Positions 1 to 10,153 of a stretch of 64,000 nucleotides of DNA are shown here, piece by piece; position 1 is the first letter of the stretch; each line of letters starts with the position of its first letter. The stretch covers positions 5,673-69,672 of IMG/VR virus record IMGVR_UViG_3300042295_001370, one strand, 5' to 3'. Both the position numbers and the translations under genes were made by a program. The DNA is from a virus (taxonomy: Duplodnaviria; Heunggongvirae; Uroviricota; Caudoviricetes). Below the pieces are notes generated by a model. It ran no database searches. It saw only the letters and a list, made by a program, of their open reading frames with translations, and was not told the origin of the DNA.

Positions 1-525
1 GATGATATAAAAAAGATAATTCAACTAGGGCAGGCTAGACAGCCAGGAAAAGCGGTAATTGGTGGATTTGATCCCGCTCAAAATTATGAACAAATACGCA
101 AAAGCAAAACCAGTTGGATTGAAGCCAGTCCTGACACTGATTGGATTTATCAACGCTTGGGTAATATTGTTCGTAATTTAAATGGCCAGCATTTTCGCTT
201 TGATTTGTGGGGATTTGGTGAACACCTGCAATACACTGAATACTACGGGGATGATGAGGGTCACTACACCTGGCATATTGACAGTGGCATCACTTCCACA
301 AACCACGGTCCTCGAAAACTCAGTGTAGTTTTACAATTGAGCGATCCCTGTGAGTATGAAGGTGGCAATCTACAAGTTAAGTTAGGCGCTGATCCACAAA
401 CCATTAGCAAGGATCTAGGCCTTGTAGCCGTTTTTCCCAGCTTTGTTCTGCATAGAGTAACACCCGTTACAAGTGGGTTACGCCGCACTTTGGTGGCTTG
501 GTTAACTGGTCCAGCACTGCGTTAA
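1..525 (+). CDS. 2OG-Fe(II) oxygenase (PKHD/prolyl-hydroxylase-like), 5'-truncated by window edge
   Basis: Frame is open from base 1 (DDIKKIIQ...IRKSKTSWI...); HxD (WHID), distal His (VLHRVTPV) and 2OG-binding Arg (RRTLVAW). Confidence 0.85.
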   Translation, partial: DDIKKIIQLGQARQPGKAVIGGFDPAQNYEQIRKSKTSWIEASPDTDWIYQRLGNIVRNLNGQHFRFDLWGFGEHLQYTEYYGDDEGHYTWHIDSGITSTNHGPRKLSVVLQLSDPCEYEGGNLQVKLGADPQTISKDLGLVAVFPSFVLHRVTPVTSGLRRTLVAWLTGPALR

Positions 526-1457
526 GGACCTACAGCAACATATTCTATAAGAACTGCACCTGGTTGTCCACCTGATGCTGATGTATCGTCTCGGCCCACG
601 CCCCCGTAACCAAACCTAAGGCCTAAGTCAGCATTCAAGTAAACCAGCGGGCCTATGCTGGTGGCAGTTCCTCTCGCACCATTGGCACCGGGTGTGAAGA
701 TGTTGGCATTGAGGCCGCCGCTTCCACCACCTGCTGTAACAAGGGCTATTCCACTTTGATCCAAAAGTTGGCTGGGCGTGCCAGGGTTTCCAGAATTACT
801 AATGTTAGCAGCCCCACCACCTCCAACTATTACTTGCAAATTACTGCCTGCCGTGACCGGTATCCATGTTTCTATAGCGGCACCTGGTCCACCCTTGCCT
901 CCAATTAGTTTTATAGTGGGACCATCAGCATAGCCGCCGTCAGCACCTGTGTAATCCTGTGTTGTATAAATTGCTCCCCAACCACCTGCTCCTCCTCCGC
1001 CCACAGTTGTGATTTTTACATTAGTAGTTGTAGCAGGCACAGCCCATGTACTGGGAGACAAAAAGCCAGCTACTGCTAATTTTTGGCCTGTCCCTTGGGG
1101 TCCTGGAAAACCAAGAGTTCCTGTTGCCCCTGGGTCTCCGGTCGGGCCAGCGCCACCTACTGGCCCGGTTGCCCCTAGTGTGCCTGGTGGTCCTGCTAAT
1201 GGGCCAGGCTGCCCAGCAGACCCAGTGGCACCTTTTACACCTGGAGGGGCAGGAAATCCACCAAATCCTGGCGCTCCTCCCAATCCTGTAGGCCCTGTAG
1301 GCCCCCTTACGCCTGGAAAACTTGTGGCTGGACCCAACAGCAAAGCGGCGCCTGTTGGCGCCACTATAAGGGGCAACCCAGCAGGCACACCAATCAGTAT
1401 TGTATTCAGGACGTCTGCAGACCCGCCTATTATACGCTTATCAAGAAGTTTTGGCAT
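522..1457 (-). CDS. Collagen-like fibre protein with C-terminal glycine-rich domain (paralog 1)
   Basis: Gly-X-Y run (GPTGPTGLG...GPQG), N-terminus [11 protein letters not shown] and C-terminal GGGGAGG...VLIEY shared with neighbours. Confidence 0.8.
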   Translation of the reverse strand: MPKLLDKRIIGGSADVLNTILIGVPAGLPLIVAPTGAALLLGPATSFPGVRGPTGPTGLGGAPGFGGFPAPPGVKGATGSAGQPGPLAGPPGTLGATGPVGGAGPTGDPGATGTLGFPGPQGTGQKLAVAGFLSPSTWAVPATTTNVKITTVGGGGAGGWGAIYTTQDYTGADGGYADGPTIKLIGGKGGPGAAIETWIPVTAGSNLQVIVGGGGAANISNSGNPGTPSQLLDQSGIALVTAGGGSGGLNANIFTPGANGARGTATSIGPLVYLNADLGLRFGYGGVGRDDTSASGGQPGAVLIEYVAVGP

Positions 1458-1460
1458 CTT

Positions 1461-2390
1461 TTAAATCCATTCTATAAGTGCTGCACCAGGGCCGCCCTGT
1501 TGTTCTGCTCCTGCCCCAAATCCATAGACTGTTGCCACACCCAATCCCACACTTAAGGGGGAATTCACTCCAGGAGTACCCAGAATTCCTGCGGGGGTGC
1601 CTGCTGATGGGCCGCCGCCTGCTACGACTGTGGGACTGCCTGGACCACTCCATGTTGTAGGGGTGCCAGGACTTGGTGGAACGTATATATATTGTGGGTA
1701 ATATGTTGGAATATTATTTTCATTGGGGTACACCCCACCTCCAGATATTATAGCTCCACTACCCCCAACTCCTATTGTGACATTGTAATTTTGTCCGCCC
1801 TGCACAGTTACCCATTGTTCATTTACGCCACCACTGCTTCCAGGAATACCTTGTATTGTCCAACCAGATTGAGCACTATTGTCAAATTCAATTGGACTAC
1901 CCCCACTCACGGGCAAACTACCGCCTCCCCCTGCTCCAATAAGTGTCAGCTTAACAGAAAACACACCTGGGGGTGCTGTCCATACACCAGGAGACACAAG
2001 TTGTGCTGCATTTATATCTTGATTGCCACTAGGCGGCCCAATAGGTCCAGTAATTCCAGGCGGTCCTGGAGGACCCACTGGTCCCCCGCCTGGTCCCGTT
2101 GGTCCAGTTAAACCTGCAGGACCAGGAGGTCCTCCTGCAGGACCAGGAGGACCTGGGGGACCTGTATCACCTACTAATGCACTGCTGGCTCCAGGTGGCC
2201 CAACAGGCCCTGCTAGTCCAGCGGGGCCAGGAGGACCTGGAGGACCCAGTGGGCCACCTGGGGTTGTGACCACAAGTGTATCTCCTGTGGGGGATACTCG
2301 TAACACATACCCGGCAGGTGCCCCATATAATGTTGTAGTCAAAACGTCTCGTGATGGGCCAACAATACGGTTATCAAGTAAGCGAGGCAT
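1461..2390 (-). CDS. Collagen-like fibre protein (paralog 2)
   Basis: [10 protein letters not shown] repeats; N-terminus [11 protein letters not shown]; C-terminal glycine-rich domain ending ALIEWI. Confidence 0.8.
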   Translation of the reverse strand: MPRLLDNRIVGPSRDVLTTTLYGAPAGYVLRVSPTGDTLVVTTPGGPLGPPGPPGPAGLAGPVGPPGASSALVGDTGPPGPPGPAGGPPGPAGLTGPTGPGGGPVGPPGPPGITGPIGPPSGNQDINAAQLVSPGVWTAPPGVFSVKLTLIGAGGGGSLPVSGGSPIEFDNSAQSGWTIQGIPGSSGGVNEQWVTVQGGQNYNVTIGVGGSGAIISGGGVYPNENNIPTYYPQYIYVPPSPGTPTTWSGPGSPTVVAGGGPSAGTPAGILGTPGVNSPLSVGLGVATVYGFGAGAEQQGGPGAALIEWI

Positions 2391-2770
2391 TAGTTAATCC
2401 ATTCAATCAAAATAAGGCCAGCTGAGCCATTTGACCCTGCAGGATTTGGCTTAGTGGGATCGCCTCCTGCACCTGCCAAACCATGGAGATATGATCCAGG
2501 TACCAAGGGCCAAATTATGTTTGGTGTCGTGCCTGCATTGCCTCCACTCACTGCTACGCCGCCTCCAGCAGAATAAAATACTCCACCTGGTCCGCTCATA
2601 GTAGTGTTGCCTCCATTTGTTGGAGGAACTGTGGCAGATGTTTGCCCTTGACCTCCAGCACCAACTTGAAGATTATAGGTGGCATTTGGGATTATATCTA
2701 CCCACAGCCGTAAAATTGCTCCAGAGCCTCCAGCCAGGCCAGTAAACCATCCGCCAATGCTTCCACTCAT
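2390..2770 (-). CDS. C-terminal half of collagen-like paralog 3 (glycine-rich domain)
   Basis: [28 protein letters not shown] aligns to the C-terminal halves of paralogs 1 and 2; AGAGGA RBS upstream. Confidence 0.7.
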   Translation of the reverse strand: MSGSIGGWFTGLAGGSGAILRLWVDIIPNATYNLQVGAGGQGQTSATVPPTNGGNTTMSGPGGVFYSAGGGVAVSGGNAGTTPNIIWPLVPGSYLHGLAGAGGDPTKPNPAGSNGSAGLILIEWIN

Positions 2771-2896
2771 AACAGTAATCCTCTATAGCTATCCATTGTT
2801 ACACCCCAACTGTTTAGTCCCAGCGTTGCATAGCCTTAAATCCCTATAATAGACAATGGCTGTCTTATGCTACGACTCTGTTACTACTTATGGTAA

Positions 2897-3451
2897 TCAA
2901 AATAGTCCTCCGCCGCCAGCCCCAGGGCCACCTTCTGTAGGTGGAACTGAACCTGGAGGCACATAAATGCCCAACGTTCCCCCAGCCCCTCCACCGATCA
3001 GTGTTATTCTAGCACGCCTAACACCAGGTGGCGCTGTCCATGTTTGTGGACCAGCAGTGCTGAAAACTGCTGCATAATGTTGTTGATCAGTTATTTGTGG
3101 TCCTGTTGGCCCAGTATCACCATTGGGTCCTTGATCGCCTGGCGGGCCTTTGTTTGGACCTGGAGGTCCTTGAACTCCTGGGCTTCCAGGAATTCCCCCT
3201 CCCATACCAGGAGGACCAGGAGGCCCAGGTGGACCAACAACAAATGTGTCATCTCCTGGTGGTCCTTGAGGGCCAGGGCTCCCTGCTGTGCCAATAATAC
3301 CTGGAGGTCCAGGTGGTCCAATTTGTTGCCCAAAAAAGAATTGCTCTCCGTTGGCAGAGACTTTCAATACCAAGCCAGCTGGAACACCTTCCAGTTGCAC
3401 ATCAATAAGATCAGCTGATCCAACAACGCGGTTATCAAGTAGCTTTGGCAT
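2897..3451 (-). CDS. N-terminal half of collagen-like paralog 3
   Basis: [11 protein letters not shown] start, GPP-rich collagen tract, stops partway into the glycine-rich domain. Confidence 0.75.
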   Translation of the reverse strand: MPKLLDNRVVGSADLIDVQLEGVPAGLVLKVSANGEQFFFGQQIGPPGPPGIIGTAGSPGPQGPPGDDTFVVGPPGPPGPPGMGGGIPGSPGVQGPPGPNKGPPGDQGPNGDTGPTGPQITDQQHYAAVFSTAGPQTWTAPPGVRRARITLIGGGAGGTLGIYVPPGSVPPTEGGPGAGGGGLF

Positions 3452-3460
3452 GCTTAGTCC

Positions 3461-3931
3461 TTAATTGGCAGTCGCATTGGCAATTTCCAATAGGCTTACA
3501 ACAACATCAACACAGTTATCAGTACTGGTATTGGTTGTTTCTGCTGGAGGATTACTTACTTGTACAACCAAGGTATCTCCGCTGCTCATGATCAAATTGC
3601 CATTCAAGGGGTCAAAAGCGTTGTTGGGAATAATTGTGTAATTGTTAACAAGGTAACGTCTACCAGTGGGCAGATAGGCTGGATCAGGAGGATTATCAAT
3701 CCATACACTGAGATTGATGGTTTTCCGTAGAGTAGGACTGCTGGGACTGCCTGTAATGTTGCTGCATTGAACAGTCAACAACACAATACTGACTTCAGTT
3801 GGATCTACACCTGGAGGCAATGTTGTGTTGGGAATAGTTTGATCGTAACTTGAAACTTTGTAAATGGTTGTGGGTTGATCATTTGTAACTCTAACTTTGA
3901 CATTACGAAAGTTAAAAATAGGTGCAGGCAT
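3461..3931 (-). CDS. Putative virion structural / tail-fibre-associated protein
   Basis: 156-aa beta-rich ORF tightly packed between the tail fibre and collagen genes. Confidence 0.55.
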   Translation of the reverse strand: MPAPIFNFRNVKVRVTNDQPTTIYKVSSYDQTIPNTTLPPGVDPTEVSIVLLTVQCSNITGSPSSPTLRKTINLSVWIDNPPDPAYLPTGRRYLVNNYTIIPNNAFDPLNGNLIMSSGDTLVVQVSNPPAETTNTSTDNCVDVVVSLLEIANATAN

Positions 3932-3934
3932 ATG

Positions 3935-5911
3935 TTAAGATCCTTTGCGTGAAAGAGCAAGTATAAAGGGAGTCATAAATCCAAAGATGCTTTGATAAAA
4001 GCTGCGTCCATCAATAGCACCTCGTCTCTGATTTATGCGGAAACTGGGTCTGGCAGGAGGTTTCTCCCACACGAAGTTAAAAGTAGCTGACGATCCACCA
4101 CCACTTGTTGACGTTGCACTAATGGGATTTGTGGGCAAACTGCCAATTGTTGTGCTACCTGGCGCCGAAAGTAGATAGTATCCAGGAATAAGAATCGCAA
4201 CACTTGTAATAACACCACTGGACACACTCAAAACCTTAAGTGTTGTGGGCACAGCATAGGTGCTGTTAACGTTGGCTGGGGTAATGAAATTCAATGTATC
4301 CCCTACGTTATAGCTGCCTCCGCCATTGGCAATAGTCAATCCGCCAACTTGAAACGCTGGATTGGGTGTCACAGCCCCCACATAAAAGTCTCCGCTTTCG
4401 TCAGTTGTGGTATGGAATACACGTCCACCAGCTAGTGCAATAGTATATTTGTTGGGATCAGCGTAGCCACTGCCATCTTGACTGGGGCTGAGTTTGGCAT
4501 AATCCAAGCCAGCACCAGCATAGCTCATGGTATAGCCGCTGGCTTCAATCAAGGAGCCAAACTTGATCCTGGCTCGCAATTGCCGGCCAGCTATGGGCAA
4601 AGACTTCAAGCTAATAACTGAACAAGGCAAACCACCCGCTGTTACACCTTTTGATATTGTATAGTCAACAGTGGGCAGCAACGGTGTTGCAGTGTCTAAA
4701 AATTGCACTTCCAAGTCACTGAATTGATTTGGCAAAACATAAGTGCCACCCGTTGTGACAAAATCAGAACTGACACCATTGGTGGCCCAAGTTTGATTTA
4801 CAGCCACAGGGCTGTCAGTGGTTTCAAGATACCGGTGTCCTTGACTCCAAAGAGCATAATTGCCAAAACTGCAATTGCTGTTCAATGCAGTCACGTGACC
4901 ACCATCAAGGCACAGCAAGCCAAACTGGCAGAAGTTAACGAAAAAACTCACCAACTGCATGTAGCCTTTGCCAATGACTTTGACGCCGATACCACCAAGA
5001 TTGATTTGAGTAAATGCGTCAATAACAATGCTGTGAATCCTATTATTGGGTCCCAAAACACTGGGATCAATCAACACACCGCCACCACCTGGGTAAATCC
5101 CTGATCCAGTGTCTGGATCGCCACTAATGCTGGAACAGTTTTGTACATAGGGACTGACCAAGATGTCTGCACCTGGAGCAAAGCCAAAGGCAAATCCTGT
5201 TTGTCGAGTTGTAGAGATCAGTGCAGATGTATTCACTCCACTTGTGTTGGCATAACCTGCTGGAGTTATATCCAATGCTGATGGATTCAATCTATGATCT
5301 CTTACAGTAATGCCATACACATAACACTTGCTGTTCAAATAAAATACATCAGTAGTTGCGACTCTTGGTCGTATGGAAACAGCTCTAAGATTATCGCCAA
5401 TAATGCTGACACCTGGCGGAATTTCAATAGGACAGTCTTCAGTATAGTCACCAGCTGCTACTAATATAGCTGTGTGATCAGGTCGGAATGCACCTGTGGC
5501 AATTTGTCTAGCTGCTTCAGCACATGCAGCTTTCACAGTTCGCTTGGCGCTATACCAACTTTGTCCACTGTTGGTATCATTACCACTTTCTGCAACGTAA
5601 ATGCGATTTTTAACAATTGCATCAGCAATCTGTTGCAGGCTTTCTGCATTTAGCAGTTTCCAAACACTGCCTTCCCAAACATACATTTGTTTGTCTGTGG
5701 TTTTGTACCAAAGCTGTCCTTGTGTGGGACTTTGTGGAGGACTTTGGTCGGCAAAATTTTCCATGAGATGAACAAGATTTTCATTCAAATAAGTACCGTA
5801 ATTGGCAAAATTCTTACCAAATAGGATCAAACTGGAAACTGTGCTGTTATACTGTCCTGGCGGAATACTTGCCAGCGTAGTGCCATTGGTCTTTGTGATA
5901 TTTGTATTCAT
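3935..5911 (-). CDS. Tail fibre / tailspike with predicted beta-helix
   Basis: N-terminal virion-attachment-type segment (GKNFANYG..NENLVHLMENFA..GQLWY) then YVAESGND.NSG motif and pectin-lyase-like repeats. Confidence 0.7.
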   Translation of the reverse strand: MNTNITKTNGTTLASIPPGQYNSTVSSLILFGKNFANYGTYLNENLVHLMENFADQSPPQSPTQGQLWYKTTDKQMYVWEGSVWKLLNAESLQQIADAIVKNRIYVAESGNDTNSGQSWYSAKRTVKAACAEAARQIATGAFRPDHTAILVAAGDYTEDCPIEIPPGVSIIGDNLRAVSIRPRVATTDVFYLNSKCYVYGITVRDHRLNPSALDITPAGYANTSGVNTSALISTTRQTGFAFGFAPGADILVSPYVQNCSSISGDPDTGSGIYPGGGGVLIDPSVLGPNNRIHSIVIDAFTQINLGGIGVKVIGKGYMQLVSFFVNFCQFGLLCLDGGHVTALNSNCSFGNYALWSQGHRYLETTDSPVAVNQTWATNGVSSDFVTTGGTYVLPNQFSDLEVQFLDTATPLLPTVDYTISKGVTAGGLPCSVISLKSLPIAGRQLRARIKFGSLIEASGYTMSYAGAGLDYAKLSPSQDGSGYADPNKYTIALAGGRVFHTTTDESGDFYVGAVTPNPAFQVGGLTIANGGGSYNVGDTLNFITPANVNSTYAVPTTLKVLSVSSGVITSVAILIPGYYLLSAPGSTTIGSLPTNPISATSTSGGGSSATFNFVWEKPPARPSFRINQRRGAIDGRSFYQSIFGFMTPFILALSRKGS

Positions 5912-5919
5912 CTTGATAT

Positions 5920-7677
5920 TTACTGTGTTTCAGTTGGAGGTGTTTCAGCACCTGGAGCAACTTCAGGTGTTTCAAATCCCGGTGTCTCAAGCGGGGCTTC
6001 AGGAGGCATCTCAGGTCCACCCATACCAAAATCAGGCTCTGGTGAAGGGCGTATCCCTATTGATCCCAGTCCCACACCCCTGTCTTCAATGGGGCTGGTG
6101 CCAGTCTTGCCTTTGACTTTGTCGTTGTTTTCTTCTTTCCACATCCGCTCATTTTCCAGAATATCTTCTTCTGTCCATCCTAGATAACGCTTGAGCGCAT
6201 ATCTCTTGCTCATGTAAGCTCTTGCATCACTGTTCATAGCTGAACTGAAGAGGTTAACACGCTCAGTGTCAATGCTCATGTTGCGATATTGACTGAAACT
6301 TTGTGGAACGTTAAATGCCAACTCAAACAAACTGCTGTGTACCTCAATGCCACGGAACTTCAAAAACAATTTAAATTCCATATCCAATGTTGGCGCAAGA
6401 CTGTTCTGCAATCTTTGGCAATATTTGTTGAATCTATACTCTTGGATAAATGCTGTTCCCACTTTGCCATCGTTGTAAACTGCTGTGCCATCATCTGGTC
6501 CAGTGGGCAAATAGCTGCTGGGAATACCCAGCCCGCGCATCAACTTGTTGTTGAAGTATTTCAAGTCGTCAATAGTGCCCAAGTTTTCGCCAGCGTTCAA
6601 AGTGTCAATAGTTGTGCCGCGTTGTTCACTGTTGGTTGCAAGGAAGAAATCTTCTGTAATGCTTATGGGATTATAGGCGCTGTCAATAATACTTGAGCCA
6701 CCACCTGTGCGGTTTGGGAGTCGCCTTTGGTAAATTTCGTTTTTGACTCTTTCAACATACTGCATGGCACGTTGACCTTGCAGCTGACCCACGTCAATCT
6801 TAAACACTCTGCGCTCAGGTGCACGCACAATACGGTAAATGAGAATGCAGTCTTCCAAAAGGTCTTTTTGTTTGTAAGTTTTGTAAACTGCTTCAATGAT
6901 GCTGGTGCCAAAAGGCCAATATTGATCCAAGCCTTCACTTAAACTGAGATGCACCACGTGGTTGGCATCAATTGCCATGCTGTTGGCTGGATTGTAAAAT
7001 CTGCTGGTACGGCCGCCAGGTGTTGTGGGCTGTCCATAGTTGATGTTGCCTGCACCAGCTGCTGGGTTCGCACTACGAGGGTAACCTCCTGGGAAACTGT
7101 ATTGATCATGCACAAGAGGGTTGGTTGCCACTAGACTTTGTAAATTGAAATCCAAATCTCTAATCACATATTGTTCAATTTTTTTGCCTTGTGCCTCATT
7201 GACAATGATTTTTTCCACTTTGGCTGAATCTACCCACAACAGCTCATAGGTTTCTGGATCTCGGACGAAAAATTGATCACCGTATTTGACAGTATTACGG
7301 AATATTTTGAAGATTCGTTGATTCAGTTTATTGATGCTGCACCATTGTTGAAGTGCACTGGCCAAAAGTTCTGTTTCAGTTTCAGTAACATCACCTTTCC
7401 AAATAAATCGGAAAGGAATAGGCTCATCATCACTTTGGTTTTGTGTGCAGAACTCAGCAATAGTGTCCAAGCTGCGATTGATTTCACTATCTAAATCAGC
7501 TTGTTCATAAGCCACATAGCGTTCAACTCGGTTTGGAGCACCAGCATAGACTTCAGGCAAATAACTGCTGAATTTTGTAGTGGTTGCACCTTGACTGTTG
7601 TCTTTGTTGATTTCTGCTAGTCTTGCAGTGAGTCTAGCTTGACTCGGTACTGTTGTGAAATATTTTTTCCAAGCCAT
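5920..7677 (-). CDS. gp20: Portal vertex protein, T4 gp20-like
   Basis: Motifs IYRIVRAPERRVFKIDVG, EDFF, IDTL..GENLG.IDDLKYF..KL.RGL.IP.S. Confidence 0.95.
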   Translation of the reverse strand: MAWKKYFTTVPSQARLTARLAEINKDNSQGATTTKFSSYLPEVYAGAPNRVERYVAYEQADLDSEINRSLDTIAEFCTQNQSDDEPIPFRFIWKGDVTETETELLASALQQWCSINKLNQRIFKIFRNTVKYGDQFFVRDPETYELLWVDSAKVEKIIVNEAQGKKIEQYVIRDLDFNLQSLVATNPLVHDQYSFPGGYPRSANPAAGAGNINYGQPTTPGGRTSRFYNPANSMAIDANHVVHLSLSEGLDQYWPFGTSIIEAVYKTYKQKDLLEDCILIYRIVRAPERRVFKIDVGQLQGQRAMQYVERVKNEIYQRRLPNRTGGGSSIIDSAYNPISITEDFFLATNSEQRGTTIDTLNAGENLGTIDDLKYFNNKLMRGLGIPSSYLPTGPDDGTAVYNDGKVGTAFIQEYRFNKYCQRLQNSLAPTLDMEFKLFLKFRGIEVHSSLFELAFNVPQSFSQYRNMSIDTERVNLFSSAMNSDARAYMSKRYALKRYLGWTEEDILENERMWKEENNDKVKGKTGTSPIEDRGVGLGSIGIRPSPEPDFGMGGPEMPPEAPLETPGFETPEVAPGAETPPTETQ

Positions 7678-7742
7678 CAGGGTTCTGTTTCTCTCGGTTT
7701 TTGATATTTATGTGAGAAAAATACCCAGAAAAAAGATTACCT

Positions 7743-10067
7743 CTAGGCAAAGTCACCAATTATTCCAGCTGTGATACGTGCTTGTCTTGCTTGATCTTGG
7801 ATGTAGGGTGTTTGTGCTGCCACTGTGCTGTTCAAGGTAGTGACCATACCTAATAGTGCATCGTTTTGCGGTGCTATTGGTGGAGCAAGACTAGTCATAG
7901 TGGCTTGTGCTGCTACTCTACTTACAAGTGCAGCCATAGCAGAAACATATGACGTGCTGCTTGCTTGCATTTCAACAAGTGCAGTTGAATCTTGTAATAA
8001 ACCACCAGCATTGCCAGTTTGATCACCTGGCCTTGCTTCTGATGCACTTGCTGAACTTATAAGCATAGGTAGTGCAGCACCCAGACCACCTACAAGTGCC
8101 CCCACCGGCCCACCCATCAAGAAGCCGCCTGCTGCCCCACCTAATACGCCTAAGGCACCACTACCAAATGAGCCAAGGCCCAGCATGCTACCAAGTCCTG
8201 CGCCCGCCATCCCTCCTGCGAGTCCTCCTAAACCTCCTCCTAAAATGCCTCTACTTAACCCCGAACCTAGTAAGCGATTTCCTGTCATTCCTAACAACCC
8301 TCCTCTAGCAGCAAGATTACCAGCCCCGCCCATCATACCAGACATCATTCCTGTTGAGCCCAGCATTGAAGTCAAACCCAAGCCTCCTCCTCCCAGTAAC
8401 CGTGGTATTGCAGCTTTTAAAGCTGTACTTGCCAGCAATTTAGGCATCAATGCCACAGCAGCTCCTGTCATTAAGGCCGAAGCTGCTCCGGACATACCAC
8501 TGGCAGCCATTCCATAAAATGAGTTTGCTGCTCCTGCGCCTGCGCCAGTTGCTGCTGCCAAGGGTTCAAGAACTTTCGTAAACAAGCCCAACTGTTGTGT
8601 AGCTGCCCAGAGCGCTGCCTTGAAGTCACCAGTGATACGAGCAGTATCCATAGTCACTTTTTGCATGGCAGTAGTAGCTTGATCTAAGTTTCCACCTCTT
8701 CCGGTGAAGATATCAAGTATCCTCTGCATACCTCCTGGCTGCGCTTCAGCCGCCTTTGCCCGTGCTGCGTCTCCATATAATTCATCAGCTATGTCACCTG
8801 CTCCTGCGTACTTACTTCCCAGATACGCCTGTGTTACAAAATCATTTAAGCCCTGTCCTTGGCTAAAATTACGTTTTAAATTCCCAGCTCCTTCCATCAT
8901 GTCTAAGGTAGATCCTGATGTTAGCTGCCTAGACAATTGCTCCATTCCAGACATTGTCCCGCCTATGCTCATAAAGGCGCGCATTTGCTCGTCAGGAGGC
9001 ATAAGCCCATATTGCATGCCTGCTATGGCTCTTGTCAATTTAGGCCCTATGTCCATTGCCAATTGGCCAGTGTTTTTCTTAAATGTTGCTGCCGCTTCAG
9101 GATTGGTCTGTTCCAATTGCCTAACCCGAAGTCTAATAAATCTATCTTGATCTAGCTCTTTTTGTCTAGCCTCTAATGTTTTTCTATCTTTGCCAGTTAA
9201 AATAGTAAGTGCTGTAAGCTCACGCAAATATTGTGCAGTGCCTTGTTCGTTCATTGCGCTTGCTTGCTGGAATGAAAGCCCACCTTCGACTAAGCTGTTC
9301 ACAAAGAAACTAACGGACTCAGCCTGTTGTTGAGACGTCTGGCCGTACATACCAAACTCCCTAGTAGCTGTTTGTGTTGCCCGAATCAATTTGGCAAAAT
9401 TTTCTTCACCCACTCCACCAATTGTAGTACCAAATTGCCCAACAAGTCCTTGAAACTCTTCCAGCTTCAAACCTGTACGACCAACCATTTCCTGCATCTT
9501 TTCAAGACTGCCGCCAAAAGTAACACCGGTGTTTGCCATGGCCTGAAAAGCTGGCATTCCGCTAGCAAAAATTCCCACACCAGCAGCAACAACAGCCACC
9601 ACTTTGTTCAAGCCAGCAAATGCTGTGCTTAACCCAGTTGCACTACCATCTGCCTTACGGAAATTATAGCTTAAGCTGTTGATACCACTTGTGACACCTT
9701 CATACAGTCTACTGCTGTCAAATCGACTCATTTTGTCTAAGCTTGAGCGTAAATCATCAACACTGCGTTTGTAATTGCCTTTGATTTCCTGTTCATAGCC
9801 TTGCATGCGTTGTTCATGACGCAGTTGATTGACCTGAGCCCTTTTAGCTTTCTCCGCACTATTTTGAAGTTCTGTCAAGCCATCTTTGGCATCATCAATA
9901 GCATCTTCAAATGAGCGAATAGTTGCAGCATCTAAGTTGAACTTTTCTTTAGCAATAGCAGCCAAAATACTGTTGTTTGACGCCATCTTGTCACGCAACT
10001 CTCCGAGAGTGCGCTCCTGGGCCCAATTCTTGCTGATATCTTTCAATTCACTAGCTGTAAAACTCAT
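7743..10067 (-). CDS. Tape measure-like protein
   Basis: 774-aa Ala/Gly-rich helical protein with hydrophobic GLG-rich segments, next to the gp26-like chaperone gene. Confidence 0.65.
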   Translation of the reverse strand: MSFTASELKDISKNWAQERTLGELRDKMASNNSILAAIAKEKFNLDAATIRSFEDAIDDAKDGLTELQNSAEKAKRAQVNQLRHEQRMQGYEQEIKGNYKRSVDDLRSSLDKMSRFDSSRLYEGVTSGINSLSYNFRKADGSATGLSTAFAGLNKVVAVVAAGVGIFASGMPAFQAMANTGVTFGGSLEKMQEMVGRTGLKLEEFQGLVGQFGTTIGGVGEENFAKLIRATQTATREFGMYGQTSQQQAESVSFFVNSLVEGGLSFQQASAMNEQGTAQYLRELTALTILTGKDRKTLEARQKELDQDRFIRLRVRQLEQTNPEAAATFKKNTGQLAMDIGPKLTRAIAGMQYGLMPPDEQMRAFMSIGGTMSGMEQLSRQLTSGSTLDMMEGAGNLKRNFSQGQGLNDFVTQAYLGSKYAGAGDIADELYGDAARAKAAEAQPGGMQRILDIFTGRGGNLDQATTAMQKVTMDTARITGDFKAALWAATQQLGLFTKVLEPLAAATGAGAGAANSFYGMAASGMSGAASALMTGAAVALMPKLLASTALKAAIPRLLGGGGLGLTSMLGSTGMMSGMMGGAGNLAARGGLLGMTGNRLLGSGLSRGILGGGLGGLAGGMAGAGLGSMLGLGSFGSGALGVLGGAAGGFLMGGPVGALVGGLGAALPMLISSASASEARPGDQTGNAGGLLQDSTALVEMQASSTSYVSAMAALVSRVAAQATMTSLAPPIAPQNDALLGMVTTLNSTVAAQTPYIQDQARQARITAGIIGDFA

Positions 10068-10097
10068 ACAAATTTTCTCACAACAGGAGACTACCCA

Positions 10098-10116
10098 TAT
10101 TTAAGCCCCTTAAATA
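10098..10116. promoter_or_regulatory. Back-to-back late promoters (CTTAAATA on both strands)
   Basis: Perfect inverted repeat TATTTAAG-CCC-CTTAAATA between the divergent tape measure and gp26-like genes. Confidence 0.7.
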
Positions 10117-10153
10117 CTAGGGAATAACATACTTAGATAATAGGGCGCCAGTA

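Noticed and set aside
2771-2899. Stop-codon reassignment as the explanation for the split collagen gene
   Set aside because: The spacer has TGA, TAA and TAG in frame, and all long genes in the window read through with the standard code.
1009-3418. Plus-strand Gly/Pro-rich ORFs (1009-1464, 2023-2397, 3044-3418)
   Set aside because: Antisense shadows of collagen codons (GGN CCN reads as Gly/Pro on both strands); no RBS or independent signal.
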